A DNA stretch of 64,000 nt, taken from NCBI RefSeq assembly GCF_018350175.1, contig NC_058368.1:28832001-28896000 (forward strand), read 5' to 3'. The notes under the pieces are model-generated. The model was not told where the DNA came from. It saw nothing but the letters and a program-made list of their open reading frames with translations, and did not search any database. The stretch comes from Felis catus (taxonomy: Eukaryota). The translations under genes and the position numbers were made by a program. Positions 52,060 through 63,787 of this stretch are shown here, piece by piece (position 1 is the stretch's first letter; each line of letters opens with the position of its first letter).

Positions 52060-52880
52060 TTTTTCAGGAGAATTCACCCATGCAATGATTGAAATACAAA
52101 GATAGGCAATATGGCATTGTTTATGGTAGCAAAACATGGAAACAACCCAAATGTCCATCCAAATGGGACTGGATAAAAAAACTCTGTGCTGTCCACACAC
52201 TAGGGTGCTATGCAGCAGTTAAAAAAAGAATGGGGTAAGTTTACCTATGCTGATCAAAAAAAAAAAATCTTTAAAATATATTAAGTGAAATAATAAGTCA
52301 GAAGAGTAGTCTACCATTTGAATTAGTTAAAAAACCAAAAGGCAAGAGGGATATGTATATATGAATATGCTTGTACCTGTGTAGAATTTATACAGAAGAG
52401 CATTCAATATGTCTCCCACATCCTCTTATCTCTATGACTTCATGTTGGTTCTATTCTATGATGCTCTTCGCATCACTCATTCTTTTTCAGCCATTCTGTT
52501 CTCCTGTGTCTTCCTTGAACATATGAAGTATGCTTGCCTTAGGGTCTTCACTTTAGCTGTACCCTCTGCCTGAAGTGCTCTTTCTCCACCAATAGCTGCA
52601 TTTGCTCAGATGTTACCTTCTCCACAAGGACTACCTGACTCACCTCCACCATCATTACCATTTCTGATATCCTATAGTATGACTTTTTTCTTCTCTGAAA
52701 CAAAATGGTTTCTAATATTTATACTTCCTGTTCATTGCCAGAACATAAACTTCATGAGGACAGGAACTTTGGTGTTTTGATCACTGATGTATATAAAATA
52801 CCTAGAGTAGTACTTGGCTCATGGGAGATACTTAATAATTACTTGATGAAAAAATAATAATTACTTGATGAATGAATGAG
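52060..52880. mobile_element. Ancient L1 3' fragment followed by an L2 fragment
   Basis: ggaaacaacccaaatgtccatc (L1); aaacttcatgaggacaggaac...cctagagtagtacttggc (L2). Confidence 0.7.
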
Positions 52881-53089
52881 TGGTTAATTATCATTTTACG
52901 TTCATGTTACATTTGATCTTCAGCAAAAAAATATACTTTGTGTTTGAACAGGTTTAGTCTATGAGCTACAAGCTTGAAGTTATCATGGCTTGTGTTTTAT
53001 TCAGTTACTTTTATAAATATGTAATAATGATAAATTATGATTTGAATGATGTTTGAGAACTAGAAGGTTCTTTCTAAAATGAACATATT

Positions 53090-53370
53090 GGGGAACCTGG
53101 GTGGCTTAATCAGTTAAGCACCTGGGTGGGGAACCTGGGTGGCTTAATCAGTTAAGCACCTGGGTGGGGAACCTGGGTGGCTTAATTTCAGCCTAAGTCA
53201 TGATGTCATGATTCATGGGATCAAGCCCTGTGTCAGCTCTGCACTGACAGCATGGAGCCTGCTTGGAATTCTCCCTCTCCCTCTCTCTCTGCACCTCCCT
53301 GACTTACATGTATGTGTGTACACACTCTCTCTCTCAAAATAAATAAATAAATAAATAAACTTAAAAAACA
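53090..53370 (+). mobile_element. Can-SINE with tandemly amplified 5' head
   Basis: 38-bp unit twice plus a partial copy; TSD taaaatgaWcatatt. Confidence 0.9.
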
Positions 53371-53775
53371 TAAAATGATCATATTAAATAATGCAAAGCT
53401 ATTTACTTTAACTTCCTTCGGCCCCCAATCTCTTGGTTTGTGCATCAGTAGAATTACATGAACTTTTAATATGAGAAACCCATCTCTCTTGAGCATAGAT
53501 TATATGGTACTAGTATAATCTCAGTTGCCTAAATTATGGTTGAAATATTTTGCGTAAGTTCTAGCAATCTGCGCAAGATATAAATTGTGTATAGAGCAGT
53601 GATACTAATTCCCCCATCTTGGTATACATAAAGAAACATGCATATGAGACAGATGTATGTCATTTCTGAAAATGTTCAACATGTGTTAAAATTAAAAATT
53701 CCAGAACTGTATGAAGAGTATTTTCCAATTAATAGAAAATGAATAAATCACCAAAATTGTGTTTGTATGTATGTA

Positions 53776-54001
53776 TTTTTTAATTAATTTATTTATTTTG
53801 AGAGAGAGAAGGAGAAGACATGCACACATGTGTGCACACAAGAGGGGGAGGGGCAGAGAGAATGGGAGACAGAATCCCAAGCAGTCTCCACACCATTAGT
53901 GCAGAGCAGGATGTGGGACTGGAACTCATGAACTGTGAGGTCATGACCTGAGGTGAGATCAGGAGTCTGATGCTTAACTGACTGCACCACCCAGGCGTCC
54001 C
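53776..54001 (-). mobile_element. Can-SINE
   Basis: Typical body; TSD-like atgtattttt. Confidence 0.9.
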
Positions 54002-54404
54002 ATGTATTTTTAAAAAGACTAATGCAGTTATGGAAGAACAAATACTGAACTGTTAATATTGGGTGCCTGTGGGGGAAAGGAGTGGGATTGGCAGAGACAC
54101 AGGCCTCTCTATTTTTGGCTTTTATATTTGAGCATCTCCCAGTGAAATTGTATTTAAATATTATATAATTTTTAACAGAAATCTATGAAGAATAAATCAC
54201 ACATCTGTCAGTTTCCTTTTCTTTTGTTCTAGTCATTTCTTCTCTGTACCATTCTATCATTGGATGGGCTTTCTGTGCAGTTTTACATATTTAAAAATAG
54301 AAGTGCTTTGATGAACAAGGTCTCTTTAAACGACCATCCTGTATCTCCTATGGCATTATAATGGATTACTTGCGTACTGAATGTGAATCTTTTTTTTCTT
54401 ACAG

Positions 54405-54610
54405 GTGATATCTTTAGCTGCCATGCAGTTGATAATCCCAAACCCCATTCAGAGCTTGAAATGCTCAGGCAATATGGACCAGATGTGCCTGAGCCCATCC
54501 TTCAGAAGCTCGTGGCTGCCTTTGGAGAACTGAGGAGTTTAGCTGACCAGGGGACTATTAATTATCCTTATTCTACCAGAGAAGTCGTCAACATAGTGAA
54601 ACATTTACAG
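54405..54610 (+). CDS. VWA8: VWA8 coding exon (G-DIFSCHAVDNPKPHSELEMLRQYGPDVPEPILQKLVAAFGELRSLADQGTINYPYSTREVVNIVKHLQ), lid/sensor-2
   Basis: Within ORF 54383..54676; ttttcttacag acceptor, CAG|gtatgg donor; 206 nt, phase 1 to 0. Confidence 0.96.
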
Positions 54611-55897
54611 GTATGGCACGTGCCTGTGCATAAAGATTTAAAAGAAACCATCAGTCTTCTTTTCTTTTTTTTTTAGACTGCTTAATTTATACCAAGTCTT
54701 TTAATTTCTAAAATATAATACCAATTTAGGTGATATAATAAGAAGTGTTTGTAATCTAAATTTTAAATCTGGAAGACTGATGAACATTTTATGTTTAAGC
54801 CTTTGAACTGATGTAAGTGAAGGTCTGTGCCATGGCCATTACCAAGGAGCTAGGAAATTTGGTGGAGGTTTTTTGGGGGGTGAGGGAAGACAGAATGAGA
54901 CAAGCAGGGAAACTTTACCACTATTTGACTTTGTACAACAAGCATGAGGTATCTGAGTGAAAAATATTTTCATTTTGAAAACAAAAGATGTGAATATAGA
55001 AAACACAGTAAGAACAGTATTTATTATATGCCTGTAAATACTGTAAGAAAGTTTTATAAGATAGAATAAATGGGCAGGAGAATGTAATTCTTTGTAGCTG
55101 TGTACAATATATGGTCCACCTTCGTGAAGAAAACAAAAAACCCAGGTCAGGTCTACTTTTATAACAAATAATGGTCTCTAAGCTAAAAGTCACAACCCTA
55201 ATGACTCTTGACCTCTGACCCATCCCCAACTCTCTAAGGAAAATTTAGAAAGGGAAATAAAAAGCTTTATTCTGCATATTAAAACCATGAAAAGTCCAGC
55301 TCAGACCCCAGTGCCTAAAGAAAATCAAGACACAGCCAACAAGGGACCCAGAGTGCACAACCAGTGTAAATGTAGCTGTTAGTAATATTTTTCTTTCCCT
55401 CTGCCATTTGGTTTCTTTATTCACTGTGCTTTTTATATTCTTCTTCCCTTCTTTTCTTGCTCCTTTATCTATTCTTTCATTTATTCATAGACCTGTGACT
55501 TCTCTAAATACTTCTGTACAGATACTCAACACTTTGTTCTATCTATGTAAATAGCATTTTTTTTTTTTTTAATTTGGTCAATCTGCTACTCATTTTAAAG
55601 GCCGGAGGTTTCAGAAAGCAATGGAAGTCACCAAACAGGATCTGAGCACTGATTTAACATTTGAGAGAAAGAACTGTTCCCCTTCAAATTCTAATATTTA
55701 TTTGAAAAGGAAAATACCAAGATCACAGCAAACATTAAAAAGAAAATGTATATATTACCTCCTATCTAATTATCTGACCAGGCTAGTAAACATCTGCTAA
55801 AGTTTATTTGATCATTATTGTTCTATCAGTTTTATAAATTTTTATAACACTGTATATTTTATCACATGTGTAATAAGGAAATTTTTTTTTAATACAG

Positions 55898-56049
55898 AAA
55901 TTTCCCACGGAAGGTCTTTCCAGTGTGGTTCGGAATGTGTTTGACTTTGATTCCTACAACAACGAAATGAGGGAGATTTTGATTAACACTTTGCACAAAC
56001 ATGGGATACCTATTGGAGCAAAACCGACCAATGTGCATCTGGCAAAGGA
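55898..56049 (+). CDS. VWA8: VWA8 coding exon (KFPTEGLSSVVRNVFDFDSYNNEMREILINTLHKHGIPIGAKPTNVHLAK-E)
   Basis: ttttaatacag acceptor, GA|gtaagg donor; 152 nt, phase 0 to 2. Reading through the donor gives GAG TAA. Confidence 0.95.
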
Positions 56050-56282
56050 GTAAGGCAAACTAATTATTGGTAAAATACTCTTGAGGGTTACTGTTCTGAT
56101 TCTTAAATAGTGACAATTCTGAATCTACTGTTACATGCTGCTAAACTGACCTGGTGTGGAAATTCCATGAGTAAACTTTTCAAATGCGTGTTGCTATTTG
56201 CTGACTGGATTTCAGTTAAATAGCATTATTTATAGGCCTGTAAATTGAGAATTTCGATTACTTTGAATATCCCATGAGTAGA

Positions 56283-56345
56283 TGTAATGTAATCAAATAA
56301 AGGGAAATATTTGTTTCTTTAACAGTCTCTGTCCTTTTGTTGAAT
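56283..56345 (+). terminator. Candidate intronic polyadenylation site for a short VWA8 isoform
   Basis: TGTA at 56283 and 56288, AATAAA at 56296-56301, CA about 22 nt downstream, then a T/GT-rich element (gtctctgtccttttgttg). Confidence 0.6.
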
Positions 56346-57483
56346 TACTATGACTCTCATTATTTCCTAGTCTAGTGCAAAATCATTGCACAAACATGGA
56401 AACTACTTAAAGGGCTGATATGTATTTAGTTAAGATGTTCTTATTTGTGTCACCATATATTTTTCTGTTATGATAGTTTTCTAAATTTATAATCATATTA
56501 ACTAAAGAGAATGTTGGTTACTTATTTCAGCTCAGTGGATGAAAGAGGTAGTGAAAACAAGTGGGTTTGTTTCATGTAGGCCAGTTTCCTTTTATTTTGT
56601 AATTGTAGACTACATACTTAACCTTAGTAGAGAATTCTTGCAAATATGTTGTTTACCAGAATGATTGTTGATGTAGTTTACTAGTAATTAAGTCAGTGAA
56701 AATTCAACAGTTTTAGATACGTATCACTTAATTGATAATGCATTTAATGCCACCTTTGTCTGTAAAAAATAGTCAATTACCATAATTCTTAAGGGACAAT
56801 AATTACTTTTAAATTATTATTTAAATTTAGTCTCATACAGGAGGTACTCTCTACCCTCCTTAGAAAAAATTGTTAAATATAAATTGATGATTAGTCCATC
56901 TATACACACACACATATATACATTTACATCCTAAGTTTAAATATCATCCTTATTTATTTCTTCTTTGAAGTTATTATAAAAACTTGTCAGGATAAGTACC
57001 AATAAAAATAAGTGGTTAGTTAAAGCTTTAACAGTTTCTTCAAGGATTCTTAAAGAGAAACAAATATTTCCCTTTTGTGGTAAAAGCACAAGATGCAGTT
57101 ATGTTTGAAATTATCAGTGAATTGGTTTATATTATTAATGAGTGAGTAAATTTTTCTTTTTGAAAAGAGTGATTTGGTGTCACTAATCACTAAGTTGCTA
57201 ATACAAACAATTTTCTCTAAACTATTGTTTTACTGATTGATTAGCAGTGTTTGTAGGCATTTTGAAGCTCGTTTGCTAATTTAAAAGCATACCTTCTATG
57301 TTAGAGTTCAGGAAATTATCTTTAATATGGAAACCTCTGTAAGCACTCATGTTTTTTACTTCCCTTTTTATAAACTGGATCTTTTTTTTTCAATTGGAAA
57401 TAAGATGGGTTTGTTGTTGTTTTTTTTACCACTAACAAATTTCTATAGAATTCTGGCTTCATGGAAACAAGGCTTATGATTTT

Positions 57484-57712
57484 ATTTATTTTTTTTTCTC
57501 TTTTTTTCAACGTTTTTATTTATTTTTGGGACAGAGCGAGACACAGCATGAACAGGGGAGGGGCAGAGAGAGAGGGAGACACAGAATCAGAAACAGGCTC
57601 CAGGCTCTGAGCCATCAGCCCAGAGCCTGACGCAGGGCTCGAACTCACGGACCGCGAGATCGTGACCTGGCTGAAGTCGGACGCTTAACCGACTGCGCCA
57701 CCCAGGCGCCCC
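57484..57712 (-). mobile_element. Young felid SINE (SINEC_Fc-type)
   Basis: Reverse complement of the 19224/27332/43203 type; TSD aggcttatgatttt. Confidence 0.93.
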
Positions 57713-60391
57713 GAGGCTTATGATTTTAAAATAACATCTTTTGTACACTTGTACAACTTGAAATAAAAATTAAAATAGACATCAGTTGGTAAGATCAATC
57801 AAAAGGAAATAGAGAGCATTTTAAGTTTCTAAGGAAGACAGATAAAATGATTTAACTTATGCATTACAGTTCTCACTTCTAAACTGAAAAAATTCTTCAT
57901 GGCAGGTTAATTCCAACTCTAGTACTTGTGAGTGGAAACAGTATATTGAGCCTAGAAACGAGATGGTCATGCTCATGCCTGACATGGGGATGGAAACATC
58001 TAGCTGTCCACCCACTGCATGTAGCTAACAGTAGACTCAGAGATGTGGAGGATGAGTGGATTTTCCCTTGTGGTGGAGTTAGCAGTAGACCACAGTTTGA
58101 CATTCACGGCATTGTTTCCACGTTGGTAAATTGCAGTGACTCAGGCAGCTCTAAAGTAGCTATGTCATTTTGTTGCCCTCTAACTGAAATCCACAGCTTC
58201 CATATGTCTGTTTCTACTGAACAGTCAGTCCTGTACGTTGATAGAGGAGAATGGTAAAGTGACGAAGCAATGGCCTGGGAGCTCAGCAGTTACATATTCA
58301 ACCTGTGTGGTTGGTCAGTGATGGAGAAACAGATTTTTGGCCTGTTGGTAAAATGAGGGCATTTTATTATAGACAGCATAACCATATAACTTATCTAATG
58401 AGTACCTGTTTAACAATGGAAGGGGGTGCTGTTAATAATAGCTCTGTAAAAAGAGGTATAAAATAAGACTGTCCTAGTGAGGCTAGAATATAAGGTCCTT
58501 TTCATAAAGTTAATAAGGTTAACTTTATTAATAAGATTCCTTCCTATTCTAACATCCTTTGCATTTTAACGTAATCTTATTTTTCTCTCGTTGGAAAAAC
58601 AAAAACGAATAAGAAAGGAGTGATGCTAATGTTTTCTTTTTCTCTCTAGAGTAACACACTGTTAATAGTAATCACATAGACCTCTGAAGATTTAAAGTTG
58701 TCCCCATGCAGTCTTATGATTTGCTTTGACTTTTCTAGACCTTTTGCTAAAGCTCATACTTCACTAGACTTTTTGCTAAACCAGCTCCTGCCCACCTCTG
58801 CATATATACTATGTCAGTGAAGAAGCTCCACAGTGGGTTTCTGTTCTGAAGAAAGAAAGACAAAATGTTTTACTTATTGTTAATATCCTTTTGCCCCAAA
58901 TGAAAAATTCTTGCTACAGCCTCTTAATTTTCTTGTTCTCTAATCCAATCATAGTGTTTATTGGTTAGGACCAAAATTCCATTGAGTCCGAATAGGGTGT
59001 TCACATTCACATTCAAGTTGGGGATGGAAGAATAACTGGCCACCCACTGTATATAACTAAAAAGAGAGGTGTGGCAGAAACTGTAGAAGAAGGAAGTTTT
59101 CACCTGGGCAGAGATGACACCAGACCACTGTTGTTACCGTCTTCTACAGCACCTTCTTCCTCAGCTGAAATCAGGATATACTTTGGCTGTTTGGTGGTGT
59201 CCAATTAGTGATCTTTAGTGAGTTCCCAGAAGAGATGCTGTCACTTCCCCTTTTGTTCTCCTAAAGAGTGCAGTGATAGTACCTATGTCATAGGTCTCTG
59301 GACATTCTTAAAAGGCCCAGTGTCACATTATGAGGTGAATATGACTTACCTTCTTTACTAAACCTTTGCTAAACCTACTACTTTTAGGCTGAGTCTTACC
59401 AGGTGGTTATTTTACCTAGCTCGGGCGTGCCATAATGCAGCTCTTCTTCCTGATCTACAACACACTCCCAATTCTTAGTGCTGAGATCAGAATTGGCCAC
59501 CTAGACTCCCACACTACATTGGCCTCTTCCCACTGGTACTTCCTGAGATTCTTTTTTACTGTTCCCTTTTCAGTTTCTAATATACGAGATAGGATAGGCC
59601 AAAGAGATGGCAAACACAGCCGAATAAGGAGGCACACTGGGAGAAATTTAGGCAGAGATAGGAAGATTTGGGTTAAAATCTGAGCTCTTTAAAAATAATC
59701 TGAGCTATTGAGTTTCAAATGTCGTTGGGGGGGGGGGGGCGCGGAAATGAGTGCCAACACACATAATTAGGTCCAAACATCCAACCAAAGGCGTATTGAT
59801 TATCTACTGTAGTAGAGACAGGTAATAAATTTCAAAGTAAAGTTTTGTTTTTCCCTAAAATGAGCTTTTATTTCTGAAGTTTCTTTTATCTGAGAGTAAA
59901 CATACAGCTAGTGCATTAGTTCTTCTTAATTTAAAAGTGTGTTTCAGAGCAATTTATGAACTCTAACATGCGGGGAAACATTTGTTTTAAAGGAAGAAAA
60001 AAAATCTTATTTTTTGTAACATAATTTTAAGTGACTTGTATAATATTTTATCTTAAATATATATGCCACTTTCAATTTGACATTTCTTAAGATGAGAGAA
60101 TTGTCATTTCATAAATTCTCAGGAGAGTATACTCTACCTGTGAACATCTTAATTAATAACAATAATGATGATGGTAATACAAGCAACTTATACATAACTA
60201 CATGCCCAGCACATTCCCAAACAATCTTTTTACGTGAATTTAGATAATCTTCATAACAAACCCATAATAGGTAATGTTTTATGTATACATATAATATTAG
60301 TATTACATTTTGTAGATGAGGAATTTAAGACACAGAAAGGTTATGTCACTTGCCTAAGGTTAGAAAGCTAATTGGCAGTGGGGTTGGGGTT

Positions 60392-60620
60392 GGGGCACCT
60401 GGGTGGCTCAGTGGGTTAAGTGTCTGACATCAGCTCAGGTCATTATCTCACAGTTTGTGGGTTCGAGCGCCACGTCGGGCTCTGTGCTGACAGCTCAGAG
60501 TCTGGAGCCTGCTTCGGATTCTGTCTCCCTCTCTCTGTGCCCCTCCCGTGCTCGTGCTCTGTCTCTGTGTCTCTGTCTCTCTCTCTCTCTCTCAAAGATA
60601 AATAACATTAAAAAAAAAAA
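60392..60620 (+). mobile_element. Can-SINE inserted at the end of a MIR (about 60150-60380)
   Basis: Typical body; upstream MIR core tgtagatgaggaatttaagacacagaaaggttatgtcacttgcctaagg. Confidence 0.9.
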
Positions 60621-61336
60621 AGCTAATCAGGATTAGAGCTGTAATATAAAGACTAAAATAAGCACATTGATATGCAAATTATAGGTAATTTTAAATCAGT
60701 TACTCTTTGGATACTGAAAATTACTGAAATTGGTTTAAAAGGGCCTTAAGATTTGAGGTAAGCACCTTGGAATCATTATTGACTATGATGTCCTACATGT
60801 ATAATGCACAAATTCTTCACAGAGTTATGAAAGATTCAGGTAGGGGGGAGGGGGCTGGCCCCCAATGATATTTCACAAAGAAAAATGAGTCAAAAAGTGG
60901 ATTAACATAGACTTTTGGCATACAGAGATCATTTTAGAGACCTCTTCATTTCCCAGTTAAGTTTTCTCTTGGTTCTTTGTTGTTCTGTTTTGTTTTTTGA
61001 CATAGTGAAGGATCATGAAATAAAACACTAGGTAATTCATTTAGAAAAATAAAAATAAATTTGAAAACTTTATTTGGCTGCCATATATAAAAAACATACT
61101 AGCTATTATCCTTTCCTGATTTGGAACACAAAACTAATTTATGAAATCTTCTCAAAGGTTGTGGTCATTTTTAAATAAATAAAACGTTAGAGAAATTATC
61201 TCTACCCTCTGAAGTTATTGTTACGTGTTTTTCTCTCCCTGTCTTCCCTAGGAGACACACATCTACAAAATATTGAAATGATCATCCTCCTTACTCTAAA
61301 TTCTTTGTCCTCAACTCTGTTGATTTCCTTTAAAAA

Positions 61337-61542
61337 TTTTTTTTAATGTTTATTTATTTTTGAGAGAGAAATAGAACGTGAGTTGGGAAGGGTCAGAGAG
61401 AGAGGGAGACACAGAATCCGAAGCAGGCTCCAGGCTCTGAGTTGTCAGCACAGAGCCCGACATGGGGCTCGAACCCACAAACCGTGAGATCATGACATGA
61501 GCTGAAGTCGGACACTCAACTGACTGAGCCACCCAGACGCCC
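61337..61542 (-). mobile_element. Can-SINE
   Basis: Typical body. Confidence 0.9.
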
Positions 61543-61894
61543 TGTTCATTTCTTTTTTAATGCTGCTTAATTTGTTCTTAAGCTAGCATCTTTTTTTCCA
61601 AAGTATTTATTGCCTATTTGTCACTGACAAATTATAATCTACCAATCATTTATTTGTATTAGCCAAGTGGAATAAAAAACTTGAGGAGATTAAAAAGGTT
61701 TTATATGTAGGATTCCTTTATGATGCATTTACAAAATGAAAAATAATGTCCCATTCATTTTTAAAGTAAATTAGCAAAAAGGCAAAACACTTATAATTTC
61801 ACCATCCAGAAATAACCATTGTTAAATCCTTCTAGATCTTTTCCTATGATTCTATGTCTTATTGCACACACTGAGAAAATATTCTTTTCAGTTT

Positions 61895-62089
61895 TTTCTT
61901 TTTTTTTTAATGTTTATTTATTTTTGAGAGAGAGAGCATGAGTGGGGGAGGTGTAGAGAGGGCCAGAGGATCTGAAGTAGGCTCTGTGCTGACAGCCGAG
62001 AACCTGATGCAGAGCTCAAACTCATAAGCCATGAATGAGATCATGAGCCGAAGTCAGACACTCAACCGACTGAGCCACCTAGAAGCCCC
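61895..62089 (-). mobile_element. Can-SINE
   Basis: Typical body with an internal deletion. Confidence 0.87.
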
Positions 62090-62127
62090 TGAGTTGTTTG
62101 TCTGTTTTTCCTTAATAAAAGAGACAT

Positions 62128-62456
62128 TGGACAATATGGGGATTCATGGCACCAACACCAAGCATGCAGTCAAAAATCCACATATAACTTTTACTCCCTC
62201 TAAAACTTGACTATTATCAGCCTACTGTTGACCAGAAGACTTATCAGTAACATAAACAGTTGATTAACACATATTTTGTATGCTGTATGTATTATTACTG
62301 TATTCTTAAAGTAAGCTAGAGAAAAAATGTTCTTAAGAAAATCATAAGGAAGAAAAAATACATTTACAGCACTGTACTTACTGTATTCTTTGGAAAAAAA
62401 TCTGCATGTAAGTTGGACCCAGACATTTCAAACCCATATTGTTCAAGGGTCAACTG
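62128..62456. mobile_element. Tigger2-derived non-autonomous DNA transposon (TcMar)
   Basis: Right end ttgttcaagggtcaactg followed by TA, matching the Tigger2-type TIR CAGTTGACCCTTGAACAA. Left TIR eroded. Confidence 0.8.
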
Positions 62457-62746
62457 TATATCTATAATAAATTAGATTGAGAATGTATGACACTCCTCCC
62501 CCAATCCCACTCTTTCTCCATTCTTATTGTTTCTTGAGATTTTAGGCCTACTTATTCATTTATTCTAAGCTTAATGAACAAATTCATAAAGCATGTAAGA
62601 TATTCTCATAGAGAATTGATATCAACAACTCTATGTATGTGTTTAAACATCATTATCCTGTTCAGATATATAAAAATGCTGTTGCCAGACAGACTGCCCC
62701 TCTAAAAGTGTTATGTGTGACTACACGTAAAAATTGTCCCATAGCT

Positions 62747-62879
62747 GGGGCACCTGGGTGGCTCAGTCAGTTAAGCATCCCACTCTTGATTTGGGCTCAG
62801 TCTCAGGTCACCATCACACAGTTTCGTGAGTTTGAGCCCCACGTCGGGCTCTATGCTGACCCTGCAGAGCCTGCTTGGG

Positions 62880-62935
<56 letters not shown>

Positions 62936-63015
62936 ACTCTGCTCCTCCCCTGCTCATGTTCTCCCTATCTGTCTCAGAATAAATAAATAAACTTTAAAAA
63001 ATTACTTAAAAAAAA
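62747..63015 (+). mobile_element. Can-SINE with long (CT)n
   Basis: ggggcacctgggtggctcagtcagttaagc...aataaataaataaac. Confidence 0.9.
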
Positions 63016-63575
63016 ACTGTCTCAGAGCTGATGAAGAAACCCTACTGGAGTCTTGAATGACTCTTCTGATGTCCTATTGACATCTGTATTCTCTCTCTGC
63101 TTTCAAATGCTTAAATTTTTTAAATGTTATTTTTCAGGCAAAATAAAATAACTTTGAATTAATAAAGTTTAGTTCCATATTAGCCAATATTTTTATTAAA
63201 CTTCTTAAATAGGTTCACAGTTTAAACAATTTAAAGATACCATTGTAGCTATTGATAGTAGTTGCCTTTGAGAGAGGCCCTGGAGTAGAGAAAAGAAGCT
63301 CTACTTTCTGTACCTTTTTAATATTCTAACATGTTTTTATTTTCTATATTTTATTTTTTAAATGTCCACCCACTATCTGAGCACTGGAATTTTGCATTTT
63401 GTTTTCTTATTTAAATAAAATAAGAACAATAAAGTAAAGGTCTTTTCTGAAATTGCTATATTTGGGGACCTTCACCCCTGGTACAGCAAAGCTTACACCA
63501 CACTGCAATGCCTACTCTAAGGGCAGAACATTGGCTCCCTTACCAATGGCAAAGGAGAAATCCAGTTAACTAGGC

Positions 63576-63787
63576 TTTTTTTTTTTTCAGTTTATTTATT
63601 TTGAGAGAGAGAGAGAGAGAGAGAGCAAGCGCACGAGCAGGGGAAGAGAAGTGAGAGAGAGAATCCCAAGAAGGCTCCACACCCAGCGCAGAGCCCGACA
63701 TGGTGTTCAGACTCACAAACTGTGAGATCATGACATAAGTCGAAATCAAGAGTCAGACGCTTAACCAACTGAGCCACCCAGGCGCCC
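63576..63787 (-). mobile_element. Can-SINE
   Basis: Typical body; TSD-like aacYaggcWttt. Confidence 0.9.

Noticed and set aside
50988..52872. Small tandem duplications (tttggattatc units at about 50990; aataattacttgatgaa twice at about 52834-52872)
   Set aside because: Ordinary slippage events with no evident function.
53090..53190. CRISPR-like appearance of 38-bp hairpin repeats
   Set aside because: No spacers, derived from a SINE head, mammalian context.
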